NCBI GenBank assembly: GCA_010909165.1
Contig: MU008152.1
Coordinates: 248,001-312,000 of the forward strand
Reading direction: 5' to 3'
DNA from: Anthoceros angustus
Lineage: Eukaryota > Plantae > Anthocerotophyta
Length of the DNA: 64,000 bases
Below the pieces are notes generated by a model that was not told the DNA's origin, did no database searches, and saw nothing but the letters and a program-made list of their open reading frames with translations. A program made the position numbers and the translations under genes. Shown here piece by piece: positions 32,801 to 46,504 of this stretch (position 1 is its first letter; every line of letters begins with the position of its first letter).

Positions 32801-34884
32801 CCACGGAGTGGGGGACGTTTATACAAAGCAGTGCCTTGGGATGGAGCACCCGGATCATTTATGCGGATGGTGACCAATGTCTTGGAATTCTGAGGACTTC
32901 ATGGAGGTGTTCTTGATGACTTACATTGCGGAGAGGAGGACAAACACGTGGGACATTTCGGAAGTGTTTGGAGCGATGTAGGAGACTCAACGTGCTGCAT
33001 CCGAGAATGCTACTTGACATGTGAGGGAATCTTGTTGGGGCACCGAGTGTCGGTAAGAGGGATAGAGGTGGACCAAGACAAGGTGAAAGTCATCCATCCC
33101 TCGACCACCGAACTTGAAGGAGTTCGATTCACAGGCATGGTGAGGTTACTATAGGCGTTTTATACAAGATTTTGCAAAGCGGGCCTCGCTAGAGCTACTC
33201 GGGAAGGAGGAGGAATGGACACAGGGCGCCGAGGGAGGCGGCATTCGAGACCTCCACCACTCAGTGGTGCCCGACTCAAAGGACCGGGGGGGAAGCGATT
33301 CCATGTGTGGATGTGTCGCCGCCATCGGGTAGTGCTCGATCAAAAGATGATAAGCGGAGGGATCACCCAATCTACTACGGAAGGCGGCTCACTGCGGAGG
33401 TACACTACTACGGAGCGGGAGGCATTGGGTATGGTACGTTAAGAAATTCGGACACTACCTTACGCCCAATGAGTTTGTGTTCTATGTTGATCACTTGCGC
33501 TCAAGCATTTGGTGAACAAGGACTTGTCGGGACATTGCGAGGTGGATCTGTTTACAGGAGTTCACATTTGAGGTGGAGACTAGGCAAGGGGCGGCAACAC
33601 CAGCGACTTCTTATCCAGTTAAAGCGGGCCTCTGCGGGATCAAGAGGACGCCTTCCGGATGAGGAATTGGTGGCGGATAGAGGAGGAGGTAGAGCACAGT
33701 AGGACAAACCCAGCGGTGACGGACCCCGCGGAGCGGAGAAGGGGAGGCGGGCGGCCCTCTGCAGCGGAGTTGGAGCAGTACCTATGGGAGATGGAGCTAC
33801 CAACGAACGGGTTGTTGTGAGCCTTTGTGCACTCGCTCGCCCTTTTGTAGGTGCATCTTTAAGGTAGGCCAGACGGTGTGGAGCGAAGGTACCTCCACGG
33901 AAGCGGAGGTGGTAATAAAGGGATGCACGAAGGACTAGGTGGTGGACATTATGCAGTGTCACCACCAAGAAAATCTTGGGGGTCTTGGCCCACCATGTAT
34001 GGGGAAACACACCAATTGTGAAGAAGTGTGATGCTTGTCGGTGGATCGGAAGCCGGCGCCACAACTCAATGGCCGTTAGTGCCCATACTAGCACTAGCGC
34101 CTTTTGAGAAATGGGGCATCGACGTTGGACCTATCGATAGCGACCAGGCACACAGCGGTACATCTTGGTGTGGCATGCACGGTGGGTTGAGCGGTCGCTA
34201 CGAGCGGACTCTGCGAGCACGGTGGCCAAATTCCTCTCACATCATCACAAGGTATGGGTGTCCGTTGCGGTAGCGATAGGGAACCCATTTCCTCAATGAT
34301 GTGATAGCAATGACGGACTATTTCGCATCACACATCGTAAACGGCCCCCTACAATCCAAGGCCAACGGAGAAGACCAATGGACTTATCGCGCATCCTCAA
34401 TAAGTGACGGTTAACTATGCGCGGGGATACAAAGCGCCATCGGCGCTATGGGCGGCGAGAGAAGGTAACCATAGCGAACTCCGTATTATCGACCTATGGG
34501 CACTCACCCGTTATGCCGGTCGAGTTTGAGGTGCCAACACTCCGGTCATGATGGAAAGGCGCGGATGAAGAGAGCCAAGCTGGAGCGGTTGCTAGGGTTT
34601 GTCTGACATCGGAGGACCGGGCGCAGCGCAATGCAAGCGATGCAGAATCAAGCAGCTGTGGCATGATAGGCGCCTTAGGAATCGGGAGTATGTGAAGGAG
34701 GAGATCGCCTCCTTTACGGGCCGACATATGCACTTCCGTAAACTCCACCTCGATGGATGGGGCCTTACCAAGTCGTCGGTATACCCCAATGGGTCCGTTC
34801 GGCCGGCTTGGATGGTGAACTGCGCCCACTCGGGTGAGCGGGTGGCGGTGAAAAGTACCACGCTTAGTGTTGGCGGAGGCAAGT
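29815..34884 (+). pseudogene. pol: Gypsy gag-pol, heavily frameshifted
   Basis: Knuckle CWNCG.PGHYSNC (30849-30886); protease LDTGSGVN (31676-31699); RT WVAPIVVV, KDHFP.PFVDDILDKVAG; RNase H YTTTEREALGMV; integrase APFEKWGID.GPI (34098-34135); W.GPY. Confidence 0.9.
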
Positions 34885-34896
34885 GAGAAGGGAGTA
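34881..34896 (+). promoter_or_regulatory. Polypurine tract
   Basis: AAGTGAGAAGGGAGTA immediately before TGTGGACTACGG. Confidence 0.75.
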
Positions 34897-37800
34897 TGTG
34901 GACTACGGACTTCGGGGTTAGAAATTAGGTAGGTTTTGTTTTTTGTGGGAGGCGAAGGATAAAAGGCGAAAAGGAGGAAATAAGCAGTTAGCACTCGGCA
35001 CTCGGAGTATACTCGGACTCGGAGTGAGGCGTGCTTAGACCTACGATGGCCCGGGTAAGTCGGACCCACTCCGGGACCAGGCGGGATAAATGCCAGGAAA
35101 GTAACTTAGAAGTTGGGCGTAAGGGACGGAGGCGGCGCCACGTGGGCGACCACAGTGGAGGCGGGCATGCAGCCGGTCGACGTAACCTTGCGAGGCCGTT
35201 ATAGCGGTATTCACGCCCGCTGGCGCGTGGGCAGTGCAGCGGGAGGCGAGAGCGGCGTAAGCGCGAGTAAGCCATGCGGACCTCGGCGATTCAGACGGGC
35301 GCCTCCGCCCGGTTACTCCGGCGTGTGGTCGCGGAAGAAGGTCATTTGCAGCCTCGAGACAATTCGCGATCTCTTGCGCTCCTCCGGCTCTCTGGCGGTA
35401 TCTCGTGGACACTCGGACGTCTTCGCGGCTCACCGTTGAGGTCGAGGCGACGCGGCGAGAGGCTCACGTGCCGGCTCTCGACAAGCGGCGGCAACCAAGG
35501 GAGAAGAATGGCACCCAAAAGCCCGCGGAAGTTTGGGAGCCATGGAACCTTGTGGAGCGCAACATTGTGACCGGCTATCCGGACTTTGGGCTCGCTCCGA
35601 GGAGAATTGGTGCGGGAGTGGCATTTGGATGTGTTCCAAATGGTGCGGACATTTTTGATGTCACTGGTCAGGGAGTTTGCCGGAAGATCTTGGCGGTCAA
35701 AGGTGCGGTCCAAGAACCTCCGGGAGGACCCAAGGCGATGGACCTTGGAGGTCTGAGGCGGCCTACAACCGCCCAAGGAGGAAGAGGGGTGGTGCGGGCC
35801 CCTCAAGGCGAAGGGAAGATAGGTCCACGGCCAGTGATGCTAAGGGCACAGGGCAGCGGACCACCAACGGTTGGGCGATATCCGACATTGGGCCGGTCGA
35901 GTAGGCGGTGGCGGATCATCCACGGAACCTACTCAAGGTGGATCACCTTGGTGATAATCTATTTGTTCTGCACGCGTTGCGGCGGGAAGAGGCGGAGGGA
36001 AGGATTATCTTCGCCCGGTTTAGCGAGGCTCGCAAGCTCGAGCCGAAGCCGGCCCATACACGATCCATGTATGGGGGCATTTTGAACTCCTCGGGAAGGA
36101 GCTTGAGCGCTCGGGCCGGAGGCCCTGGGAAGTGGGCGGGCAAGGCGGAGGAGGCCGGTCGAAAACCAAGCGGACTCGGGAGGAGGCGGGAGGGATTCGG
36201 GACTCCATACAGCGGACCCCTCACCACCGAAGTATGGGAAGCAATTCCGCCTCCCTCCTTGGTGCAACCAGGCAGCCCGGCGAGGCGGCCCCGGCCCAGC
36301 CGGCCCGCCACATCCTCGGTGAGGCCGCGGACCGAGAGAGCCGAAGAGCGCAAGACCACGGCTACCAGCGGTACCCGGTCGGTGCAGTACCTCTTCCCAC
36401 AGCGGAGTGGCAAGCGGAAGCGATGGGAGGCGAAAGGGCGCCGAGGCGGGAGGACGGCGCAGCCGCATCGAGCAGTCTCGCCCGGAGAAGGGGCAAAAGG
36501 CGTGCTCCGGACTCCATCACCTCCTGAGCCCAGGAGAAAAGGCGGAGAAGGAGCTCATGACCAAAGGGCCAAGGAGGAAGCTCGGGAGCTCGGCCTCGGG
36601 ACCTAAGGGTCTGATTGGGTCGAGAACCCAGTCCGGACTTGCTCGGCTGCGGTATGGAGGTCCTTGACCGTGAGATCTGCGGCTCCACGGACTTTGTGGG
36701 AGCCTCACCGGCGGCCGTGGGAAGAAACACGGCGGGTCCAGCTACCGTCATGGACGGTATGCTGAGTCTGTCGGGATGGCCGAGAAGGCCCGGAGGTGGA
36801 AGCCACCGGGCGCATGGTGCTCCTCCGAGGCGGTTGGAGGGAGCCCGAGGCGAGAAGGAAGGAAGCTCTCGGCGGGATTGAGGAAGCGCCGGGAGGCGGA
36901 GAGGAGGTTTGGTCCATCCGCAGGACGGACCAAATTCCTTCAGGAGGAGGCAGTGAAGCGGGCCAAGGAGGCCCAGCGCGGGCGAGGACCTGCAGGCGGA
37001 GGCGTGGCGGCGGGCGGGGCAGGGCGAGGCAGGCGGGATCTGGAGGCGGCCGTGGACGAGCCAAGGCTGGAGAGGCTCGGTGAAGGTGGCCAAGGAGGCG
37101 GAGGCCACGGCCGATCGCGATCACTATCGGCGTGAGCCGGTGGAGGCGAGAGGCAGCAATCGAGGCCGAGCAAGTGGCGCGGGAAACAGTCGGCCGTGAG
37201 GGCGGAGGCCGGCACGGGAGATTGGGGACCTCGAGTGCAGTGCGGGAGGTAGAAGGCGGCGGCGGAGGCTGGAGGACAACAAGGACACCTTGGGTTGCAA
37301 CTCCAAGATGCATCAGGCGGAGGGGTTCTCAGCGAGAGAATCCAAGACTTGACGAGAGGTGGAGCCTCCGGCTCCGGAAACGGAGGAGAAGCGGCAGTGC
37401 GAGTTCGGCGTCGCAGGTTGCGGCGGGGCGTGGCGGAAGCCGGGGTGGACGGGATACCGCTGGAGAAGGAAGTGGAGGACCTCAGGGAAAGAATGAGAAG
37501 GAGGAAGCCTTGGAGGAAAAGGGCTGCTGTCCGGTTGCGAGGAAGGGAGCTCGGCTCCATGGCCCATGGCGGGCGGGCTGGAAGCAACAGGAGGAGAGCG
37601 TCGGCGGCAGCGAAGGTTGCAAGAGGTAGCGGAGGCAGCCTTGGCCTCAAGGGGTCCGCCCGGTGGTAAGCAGCCGCGGAGGCAGGCCCGGTGAGCGGCT
37701 GCTCGATTCTGGGCACCTTTGGAGGAGGGGGTGTGCTCGGGCTCATGTGGAGGCGATTGACAAGTCGATTCCGACTTGCCTACTACCAGAGCTCCTCAAG

Positions 37801-40800
37801 GCTCTGGAGGTCTGCGCCACCCTAGGCGGGAGGTGGACTTCGGAAGGATGGAAGGAGGAGGCGAGGAGGGCGGACCGGGCAGCACAACAGGAGTCCTAGG
37901 GCATTTGGCGGCAGCGGCAGCGGCGGCGAAGGAGGCGGCGGGAGGAGGAGGAGGAAGGGGCGCCACAGGAGGTAAGCCCTCGGCACCCTCGCATGGAAGG
38001 GGAGGATCTTGGAAGGAAAGGGGAACAGCGGGCATTCGGGAACCAAGGAGGCTCGGTGGATGAACCGTGGCTAGCGTGAGGAGGCATGCCGGCACGAGGT
38101 CGGACTTTGTCCGGACTCTCGAGAAAGGCGGACCCCGTCCGGAAGAAATCTGGACTTAGGGATCGGACTCTAGTGGAGTCAGGACCACGAGGTCCGGACC
38201 CGAAGGTTGGGTCGAGGCCGGACCCGGAGGCGGACCAGGTCCCAGAGGCCGGACTACCGGGTGGGGAGCCAGTCGCCCAACGAGATCCAACCCTTGGAGG
38301 CCCTGAGGGCCCCGAGAGAGAGAAGAGAGGCGAGGAGGACTTGGTGGTGGCCGTTGTCGGGCCGCCCGGTGGCGCGGCGAGACCCTCGGGAAGAGGAAGG
38401 GGTCCCCTCGCGGATCATCCGATTGGGTGCTGCATGACCACGAGCTCGGCTTTGGGCCGTGCCAAGAAGGAATGAGGGCCATCCAGCCCACCAGGCGATA
38501 GGCGGAATAGGCGAGGTAGTAGGCGGTGGTTAGGGGCACGGTGGCCCTCATTTCGAATAGAGGTGTAATAAAGGCGACCTTGGCGTAGTATAAGAGGGCT
38601 AAGGCATACAGATAAATCATCTTTCTCTTGGTGTTGATGCGTTCTTGCGGACCTTTGTGTGTCTTCTTGCTAGCGTGAGTCACAGTCGGCGAGCAGCGGC
38701 TCGGGAGATTGATCAAGGTCACGGTGGCGGACCCTAGCTTGTTGTGGTGTGTGCGGGGAAGGGTGGCCCGACGTGCTCGTCCGGAGCGGCCCGGCAAGCA
38801 GGCAGTGTGGTAGGAGGAACTCGGGAGGCGTCTGAGCCGGACGGAGGAGGCCGGAGCAGAGGAGGTCGGGCGTAACCAGCGTCTTTCTAAGGCGAGGGGT
38901 AGCGTGAGGAGAGAGGAAAGGGGGATGTGAGTGGCGGATGTGAGCGATACAGACCTTGAGCAGGTCCTAAGCGTTTAGCCATCTAGGGCTGTCACGGTGA
39001 AACGTTGTAGTAGTTAGGGTATGTGTGTTGTGAGCAGGCTAGGGCGGTAGGAATCACACGAAGCAGCGGTGGCGGGCCTATCATTCCCTTGGGAGCGGAC
39101 TTCTTCCTACAGCGACCACGGGATTGTCACGCCGGTGACCATGTTGGTCAGCGCCTACAATATACTTCCCTCCTCTTGGTGCCGGGCAGTCAGGCGGTTC
39201 GAGGCGGGGCAGCGGCCCCGGCCCGGCCAGCCAGCCCACGGCCAGTAGGTGAGCCCCGGACTCGTCGGGGCAAAGAGCGGAAAGGGCAGTGCCACACCTT
39301 AGCATAACACCCCGGGCGGCACCGTGCCCTTGCCCCTTGAGTGCAAATTTGAGGCGGTGAGAAGAGGCGGAAAAGAGCCGCTCAAGGAGGCAGGAGGCCA
39401 GCAACCCACGAGCCGGTCATGTCCCGGCCGGGAGGCAGGGTCGGCTCGACCCCTCACCCCTCAGAGCCCAGAGGGCGAATAAGGGTGGTGACCAAGAGGG
39501 CCAAGGAGGGTGAGGCTGGGACCTCGGCTCAGGGACCTAAGGGACTGATCCAGTCAGGAGAGCCCGGCCGGACTCGCTCGATGCGGTATGGAGGTCCTTC
39601 CATAGTGAGATGCCGCTCCTAGCGGACCCGGGACAGTGACCCACGGAGCCCCTAGGGTATTGTGACAGCGGCGAGGAGAGGCGGCGGAAGGAGCCGTGAA
39701 GGGCGTCCCTGGGAGGTAAGCACTCGGCACCCTCACATGGAAGGAAGGGAGGAGGATCACAGGGAGGAAGTGGAAAGGCACTTGGCATTCGTTGAGAACC
39801 AAGGGAGGTTCGATAGATGAACCCATGACCAGCCCGAGGAGGCCGAGCAGGCGTCTTGGTCCGGACTTTGTTCGGACTCGGAGGCGGATCTCGAAGTCCG
39901 GCCCCACGAAATCTGGACTTAGAGATCCGGACTCAGTATGATCGGACCACGGTCAGGACTCCGAGAAGGTTGGGTCGGAGGGCCGGGACCCAGGCAAATC
40001 CAGGACCCAGGTCCAGGACTCCGAAAGGCCGGGACAAGGCCGGGACCCGAAGGCCGGACCTGAGGTGGGACTCACGTCGACAGTCACGAGGTCGAGGCTA
40101 GGGGAGTGAGGGGAGAGCCACCAATCACCGGCCCAGCCAGATCCGGCCCTTGAGGCCCATTGCGCGAGGCCCGCGAGAAATAAGAGGCGAAGATTTAGTG
40201 GTGTGCATGGTTCCTTCAGTCCTTGGGTGGCACTGACTGGACCCTCGGAGAGAGAGGAGATCTGCCTCACGGATCATTATTCGATTAGGCATGATCGTCG
40301 TGGCTCGGCTTTGGGTCGCCGGTGCCAAGAAGAATCGAGCCATCCCTGCCAGGCCCGATGGGAGAATAGGGATGGTAGTAGTAGGTTAGGGGCACAATGG
40401 TGGCCCTCGGCCGAGAATAGAGGTGTAATAAAGGCGGAGCAGTGAGTATAAGAGGGGCGGCGCTCAGATAAATCATCTTCTCTTGGTGTTGATGCGTTTC
40501 TTGCAGACCTTTGTGTATGCTAACGTGAGTCACAGTGTGGCGAGCGGCTCGGGAGAAGACTAATCAAGGTCCACGGTGACGTGTGGTGGTGTGTCAGGAA
40601 GAAGGCGGCGGGGACCCTTGTTCGTCAGGCCCAGGCGTCGGCCGGGCGGGCGTGAGCGGAGGAACTCAGGGAGGCATCTGAGCCGGACGGAGGCCCGGAT
40701 GAGCAACGAGAGGGAGGTCATGTCCCACTTGCGTTCTTTCCCAAAGTTGATGAGTGTAGTGGTAGGAGGAGCGGACTAGAGGAGCAGGGTGTCACGTGAG

Positions 40801-41011
40801 CGTCACGGACATAAGCCGGGTCCTTAAATGTTTGGCCACCGGGCACGACCGGTGAGACGTTAGGGTAGTTAGGCGCAAGCAGCGATTGTGTGTGGCGGTC
40901 ACAAAGTAAGGTGAGAATCGATCAGCAGCAAGCGGGGCTTATCATTCTCTTGAGCGGACTCCTTACTACAACCGAGGATTGTCTGGTGACCGTCGGCAAA
41001 GTCGCGCCACA
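34897..41011 (+). repeat. 3' LTR (~4.2 kb) plus an extra tandem copy of its 3' ~1.6 kb
   Basis: 34897-~39160 matches the 5' LTR. ~39420-41011 repeats the TATA/U5 portion and ends GTCGCGCCACA|ACAAG. Confidence 0.8.
35508..38060 (+). pseudogene. Accessory ORF embedded in LTR U3 (unknown function)
   Basis: MAPK(K)PAEVWEPWNLVERNIVTG...ELVREWHLDVFQM...KVDHLGDNL...LEKEVEDLR...EAIDKSIPT is recovered in the same frame logic from several LTR copies. Confidence 0.45.
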
Positions 41012-43115
41012 ACAAGCGACAATGTGAGATATCCAGTGCGGTTTGTAACATCTGCGTAGTTCACGAAATTATGGAAAACACACTTGAGGTGAAGATCACA
41101 GAAGTCCAATGATTTTCAATGTGCTCTCTCTCATGGGCTTGAAAGCAATAATAAATACCACCTCAAAGAGGATGGGTGCGTGAGCGCAATAAACCTTCCT
41201 CTTCTAGAGCGATCGCCGAGGGGGACCGCGTGTCCGGGCCGGTGGCGCTCAGTGGAGGATGTTGAGCCCGGGTCTGTTGATGAGCAGGTTCAACATCCTC
41301 CAGTGACCCTTATATTTACTGCGTATGTATTGGTCTTTGTGGGTTTCCACATTTACCAGATGATGCAAGCAACTTGGATGTTGTTGTGGCGCGGGGCTGC
41401 GGTAGCGCCCGTGAACAATTCAAGACACTTGGTTTGATGTGAAAGCGGCCATCCTCACTGTCGTCTTCAGTGAGCGGGAAGAAAAGTTCATTGACAGTAG
41501 ATTGGGTTTCTGTGCTGTGGCATCTGGTGTGTAGGAAGGGAAAAGGCCAAACGCTAATATCTTTATCCTATGTTGCTTGCAGGGAAGTACCAGGCCGCCC
41601 TCGACAAGCATCGAGAGCGACTATATGTCTGGGCGATGCAAGATGGCGAAACACCGACAAAATTCGTTGCATAAGTATATGTTACTATCTATTGATGGCA
41701 TGGACGAAGAAAGCGTACCTTTTTGAGGTGGCCTAAGAACCTTAAAGAGGAAAGCCAAATTCGGTTCATGTTGTGGGGTGCACGATACACAACTACATTA
41801 AAGCCGATTTTCTGCATTATGCGAACCTTGAATAGCGAATTTGACTATTCGGTTATCCAAGATGTTATACATAGTTACTGTGGTCTTGCCCAAAGTTTTA
41901 TACTTGCGATTGGACAACACATGCCGGGAGAATAAGAACCAGCTATTATTTTACTTAAATATGCTTGTGGACATGGGGACTTTCCAGGAAAGTGAGCGGG
42001 CTTCCTCCTAGTTGGGCACATGATCGGATGTTTTGTTCTCGAAAACCTTGAAACCTGAGCTTACACACATTGGATGAGTTGACCCATATTCTTGTTGGTG
42101 CGTACACTCCCACACTCGAAGTAAAACTGTTGACGGAAGTTGTAGATTTTCGGACATATGTGTGGCCTATTCGAAGAGGGGAAGGTCGGCAAATGTATAC
42201 CGCGGCGGTAAGGAGACTAAACAATCTATCGTTCCAACACCAGTTCAAGATAACTCGGGAGGAAAAACAAGACAGAGGGCTAGTCACCGTAATCCGGCGT
42301 GTTCAGCGTCGCCTCATTGGGAAACAGATTCAGGATTAGAGTTCCTGAAGTTCGTCCCATTGGATGCCATTACTGCAGCACCGATGATGGCATTGCGGGC
42401 GAGGGACAAGAAAGGCTCCGATCCGGGGTTAAGGCCAACTGAAGGAGTCGCTCATTTGAAAGCTGGGCTTTCTGCTTTGAGGCCGTATGTGACAGCAGTT
42501 GAGTACAACTGGTGCGAAGCTTTCTGGAAGGACCAAGAGGAGATTGCTGTCATTGTGGAAAATAATATCGGGTTAGCCTTGCAGGAACCATGGCAATGGT
42601 ATTCTAGGCCGATGTAAATTGTGACTTCACCTCTTCATGTCCTGACAACATTGCTAGAGGAAGCTTTGATGAGGACCTACCACAGGATATGTATTTGGGG
42701 GCATACCAAAAGCGTTGGCGCAACAGGAGGGAAATGGCTCGTCACGAATGGGGATGTGAAATCAAGAAAGGATGGTTCATCGCAACACCATGCCACACGG
42801 ACACTCTACAGACCATTTGGATAGGGAGGGTAGATGTCGATTGGGTGCCCGTCCGACTTCCTCGATCCATTGGTATAGAACCGAACATACAGGATGTGTT
42901 TGAAGGCGTTATGTGGAAGAGTATATATACGAGGGCATAATCACCAACCGGTCATGAGCAGAGTAAGAAAGGGCCCAAGGGTTTATATCCCAAGAATGCA
43001 CGGGAGCTATATATAAGCAAGCGGTAATGCTTTACTACATTTAACCTCACTTCACGGAAACATCTGTCACGTGGACAAAAAGCTATCATAGATAAGTTAA
43101 ATGAATTGCGAGGAT
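41012..43115 (+). pseudogene. Sola-like (DUF7869-type) DDD transposase catalytic region, copy 1
   Basis: FTKLWKTH..VKI..SNDF..CS; LSIDGMD (41694-41705); LYL.LDNTCRENKNQ (41913-41939); GFLLVGH(TH) (42011-42023). An intron-like segment ends TTGCTTGCAG at ~41582. Confidence 0.8.
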
Positions 43116-43480
43116 TGTGTGACTTTTCGCGTTGGACAATCCGTGTCGTGTAATGAAGGAGTCCGCTCCCAAGAGAATGATAACTCCGTTGCAGCGTTCG
43201 ATTCTCACCTCACCTTGTGGCTCAATACACACATTCGTTATTTTCGCCCAACTACTCGTAACGTCACCGTCGGGCCGGTGTGGCCAAGCGTTTAGGACCC
43301 GTTCGTCCGTGTCGTTCACACTCGCCACTCGTTCCTCTAGTCCGTTCCTCTCACGCTCTCACACTCATCAACCTTGGGAAGGCAATGGCTACACGGTCAG
43401 GACCTCCTCAGGTCGCTTGGCGGGCTCTCGTCCAAGACTCTGCCCCTCCGAGTTCCTGTTAGAAGAAAAGTTCATTGGCG
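43116..43480 (-). repeat. Inverted LTR 3' end (U5) fragment
   Basis: Reverse complement of 40720-41011. Confidence 0.7.
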
Positions 43481-43499
43481 TGACGATTGGGCTTCGGGT

Positions 43500-45146
43500 C
43501 AGGTTTTACACATCTTGGCATCCCCGGTGTAGGAAGGGAAAAGGCCAAACGCCTTAATATCTTTATCCTATGTTGCTTACTGTGGGAAGTACCGGTGCCG
43601 CCTCGACAAGCATCGAGAGCGACTATATGTCAGGCGTTAAAGGCAGATGGCGGAAACACCGATGACCAAAGTTAAATTCATTTGGAACCGCATAAGTATA
43701 TGTTACACTATCTATTGATGGCATGGACTAAGAAAAACGAAATACCCCATTTTTGAGGTGGCCTAAGAACCTTAAAGAGGAAAGTAAATTTCTACCATGT
43801 TGTAGGGTGCTGACATACAACTACACGTATAAAGCCGGATTTTCCGTGATTATGCGAACTCTTCAATGACGCTAATTTGACTAATAATATGTATCCAAGA
43901 TGTTATACATACCAGGGGTCTTGCCTAAAGTTTTATACTTGCGCTTGGACAACACATGCCGGAGAATAAGAACCAGCTATTATTTCCATGACTTAAATAT
44001 GTTTGTGGACATGGGGACTTTCCAGAAGTGAAGGTGGGGTTCCTACTAGTTGGGCACACACATGATCGATGTTTTCGTGTTTCAAAACCTTGAAACACAA
44101 GGAAGCACACATTGATGAGTTGACCCATATTCTTGTTGGTACACTCCCACACAATTGAAACCTGACGGAAGTTGTAGATTTTCGACACATGTGGCCTATT
44201 CGAAGAGGGGAAGGTCGGCAAATGTATACCGCGGCGGTAAGGAGACTAAACAATCTATCGTTCCAACACCAGTTCAAGATAACTCGGGAGGAAAAACAAG
44301 ACAGAGGGCTAGTCACCGTAATCCGAAGCAAGCAGTATTCAACGTCGCCTCATTGGGAAACAGATTCAGGATTAGAGTTCCTGAAGTTCGTCCCATTGGA
44401 TGCCATTACTGCAGCACCGATGATGGCATTGCGGGCGAGGGACAAGAAAGGCCCGATCCGGTTAAGTTACAATCAAGGAGTCGCCATTTGAAAGTCGGGC
44501 CGCTTGGAGGACAAAGGCTGAGTACAACCGTGCGAAGCTCGAAGGACCAAGAGGAGATTGTCATTGTGAAAATAATATCGGTTACCTTGCAGGAACCATG
44601 GCAATGGTATTCTAGAACTGGACAGTAGAGTGATGCCACCTCTTCATGTCCTCGACGTACATTGCTAGAGGAAGCTTTGATGAGGACCTACCACAATGGA
44701 TATGTATTTGGGAGCATACCAAAACGTTGGCTTAATGAGGGAAATGGCTCGTCTGAATGGGGATGTAACGGAAATCAAGAAAGGATGGTTCATCGCAACA
44801 CCATGCCACACAGACACTCACAACAGACCATTTTGGATAGGGAGGGTAGCCGATGTCAGATTGGGTGCCCCACGTCCCGACTTCCTCGTCCATTGGTATA
44901 GAACCGAGCATACAGATGTGTTTGAAGGGCGTTATGTGGAAGAGTATATAGTACGAGGGCATAATCACCAACCGGTCATGAACGCGAGTAAGAAAGGGCC
45001 CAAGGGTTTATATCCCAAGAATATGCAGGAGCTATATGTAAACGAAACGGTAATACTTTACTACGGATTTAACCTCACTTCACGGAAACATCTGTATACC
45101 GTGGACAAAAAAGCTATCATAGATAAGTTAAATGAATTGCGAGGAT
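43500..45146 (+). pseudogene. Transposase catalytic region, duplicate copy 2
   Basis: Collinear with 41510-43115. DNTC.ENKN at 43948-43973 and GFLLVGHTHD at ~44049-44066. Confidence 0.8.
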
Positions 45147-46500
45147 TGTGGCGCGACTTTTGCCGATGTCAAGCGCACAATCCCGTGTCATGTAGTAAGG
45201 AGTCCTCTCCCAAGAGAATGATAAGTCTGCTTTTGCCGCTTCGCTCGACGCCTCACCTCACCTTGTGGCCAAATTAACACACACATTCATATTTTGCCTA
45301 ACCACTGCGAACGTCCCACCGATCAGCCCGTGTGGCCAAACGCTGGACCCGCATGGTCAGATGCTCACACTCGCCACTGCCTCCTCTAGTCCGCCTCCTC
45401 ACCGCCTACTACACTCATCAACCTTGGGAAAAACGCGAATGGCTACATGTACCCCGGACCTCTCCGCTTGCCGGGCTCTCCGCCCCGGCTCGACGCCTCC
45501 GAGTTCCTCCGCTCACATGCCCGGCTTTGTTCGACGCCGCTCGGGACGAACAAGGGTCCTCACGCCTTCCCACACACCACCACACGCAGGGTCCGCTACT
45601 GTGACCTTGATCGCCTCCGGTCAGCGCCGTCGCCGATGACTTAGGACTACGTTAGCAAGAAGATGCACAAGGGGTCTCCAAGAAAACGCCAGATCAACAC
45701 CAAGAGAAGATGATTTATTCGTGAGTGCACCTCTTATACTACGTCAAGGCTTTTATTACATTCTCATTCTAGGCCGAGGACCACTCAGGTGCCCTAACCG
45801 ACCGCCTACTATCCTCCTATTCCTCCCATCGGTGGTGGGCTGGATGGCCTTTCTTCTTGGCACCGGCCCAAAGCCGAGCCTCGCTGATCATACCCAATCG
45901 GATGATCCAGAGGCGGACCCTTCCTCTTCCCGAGGGTCTCCAGGTCGCGCCATCAAGTGCGGCCTCGACAACGGGCCACCACTAAGTCCTCCTCGCCTCC
46001 TCTCTATCTTCTCCTCAAGGGCCCTCGCGCAATGGGCCTCCAAGGCCGGATCTGGCTGGTGATTGGTGGCTCTCCCCACTCCTAGTCTCGACCTCGGGAC
46101 TGTCTCGACTCGAGTCCTGACTCTAGGTCCGGCCTCTTCCTCCGGGGTCCGGCCTCCTGGTCCTCCGAGGTCCGGACCTCGGTCCGGATTGGCTCGGGGT
46201 CCGGCCTCAGGTCCTCTTTTCCGGAGTCCGGACGGGGTCCTGACTTGCCTCCGGGGTCCGGCCTCGTCCCAACCCTTCTCGAGTCCTGACCTCGTGGTCC
46301 GGATTCGCTACTAGAGTCCTGGATCTCTAAGTCCGGACCTCAGGGGGCCGGACTGATCCTCGTGAGTCTCGACAAAGTCCCACCACAGTTCGGCTTTGCC
46401 TCCTCACCGGGCCGATCACAACGATCACGGTCGATCACCGGCTCATCCATCAGCCTCCTTGGTTCCCCAATGCCTTGCTGCCTTTCCAGCATCCCTGTGA
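45147..46500 (-). repeat. Inverted LTR fragment
   Basis: Begins TGTGGCGCGACTTT (reverse complement of the LTR end) and contains the reverse complement of the TATA/U5 region and TCCGGA subrepeats. Confidence 0.75.
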
Positions 46501-46504
46501 TCCT

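Larger units (their letters stand above)
22492..41011 (+). mobile_element. Athila/Tat-like non-chromovirus Ty3/gypsy insertion with very long LTRs (18.5 kb)
   Basis: Termini TGTGG...CCACA, perfect TSD ACAAG (22487-22491 and 41012-41016), PBS at 29611, PPT at 34881-34896, and gag-PR-RT-RH-INT order. Confidence 0.9.
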
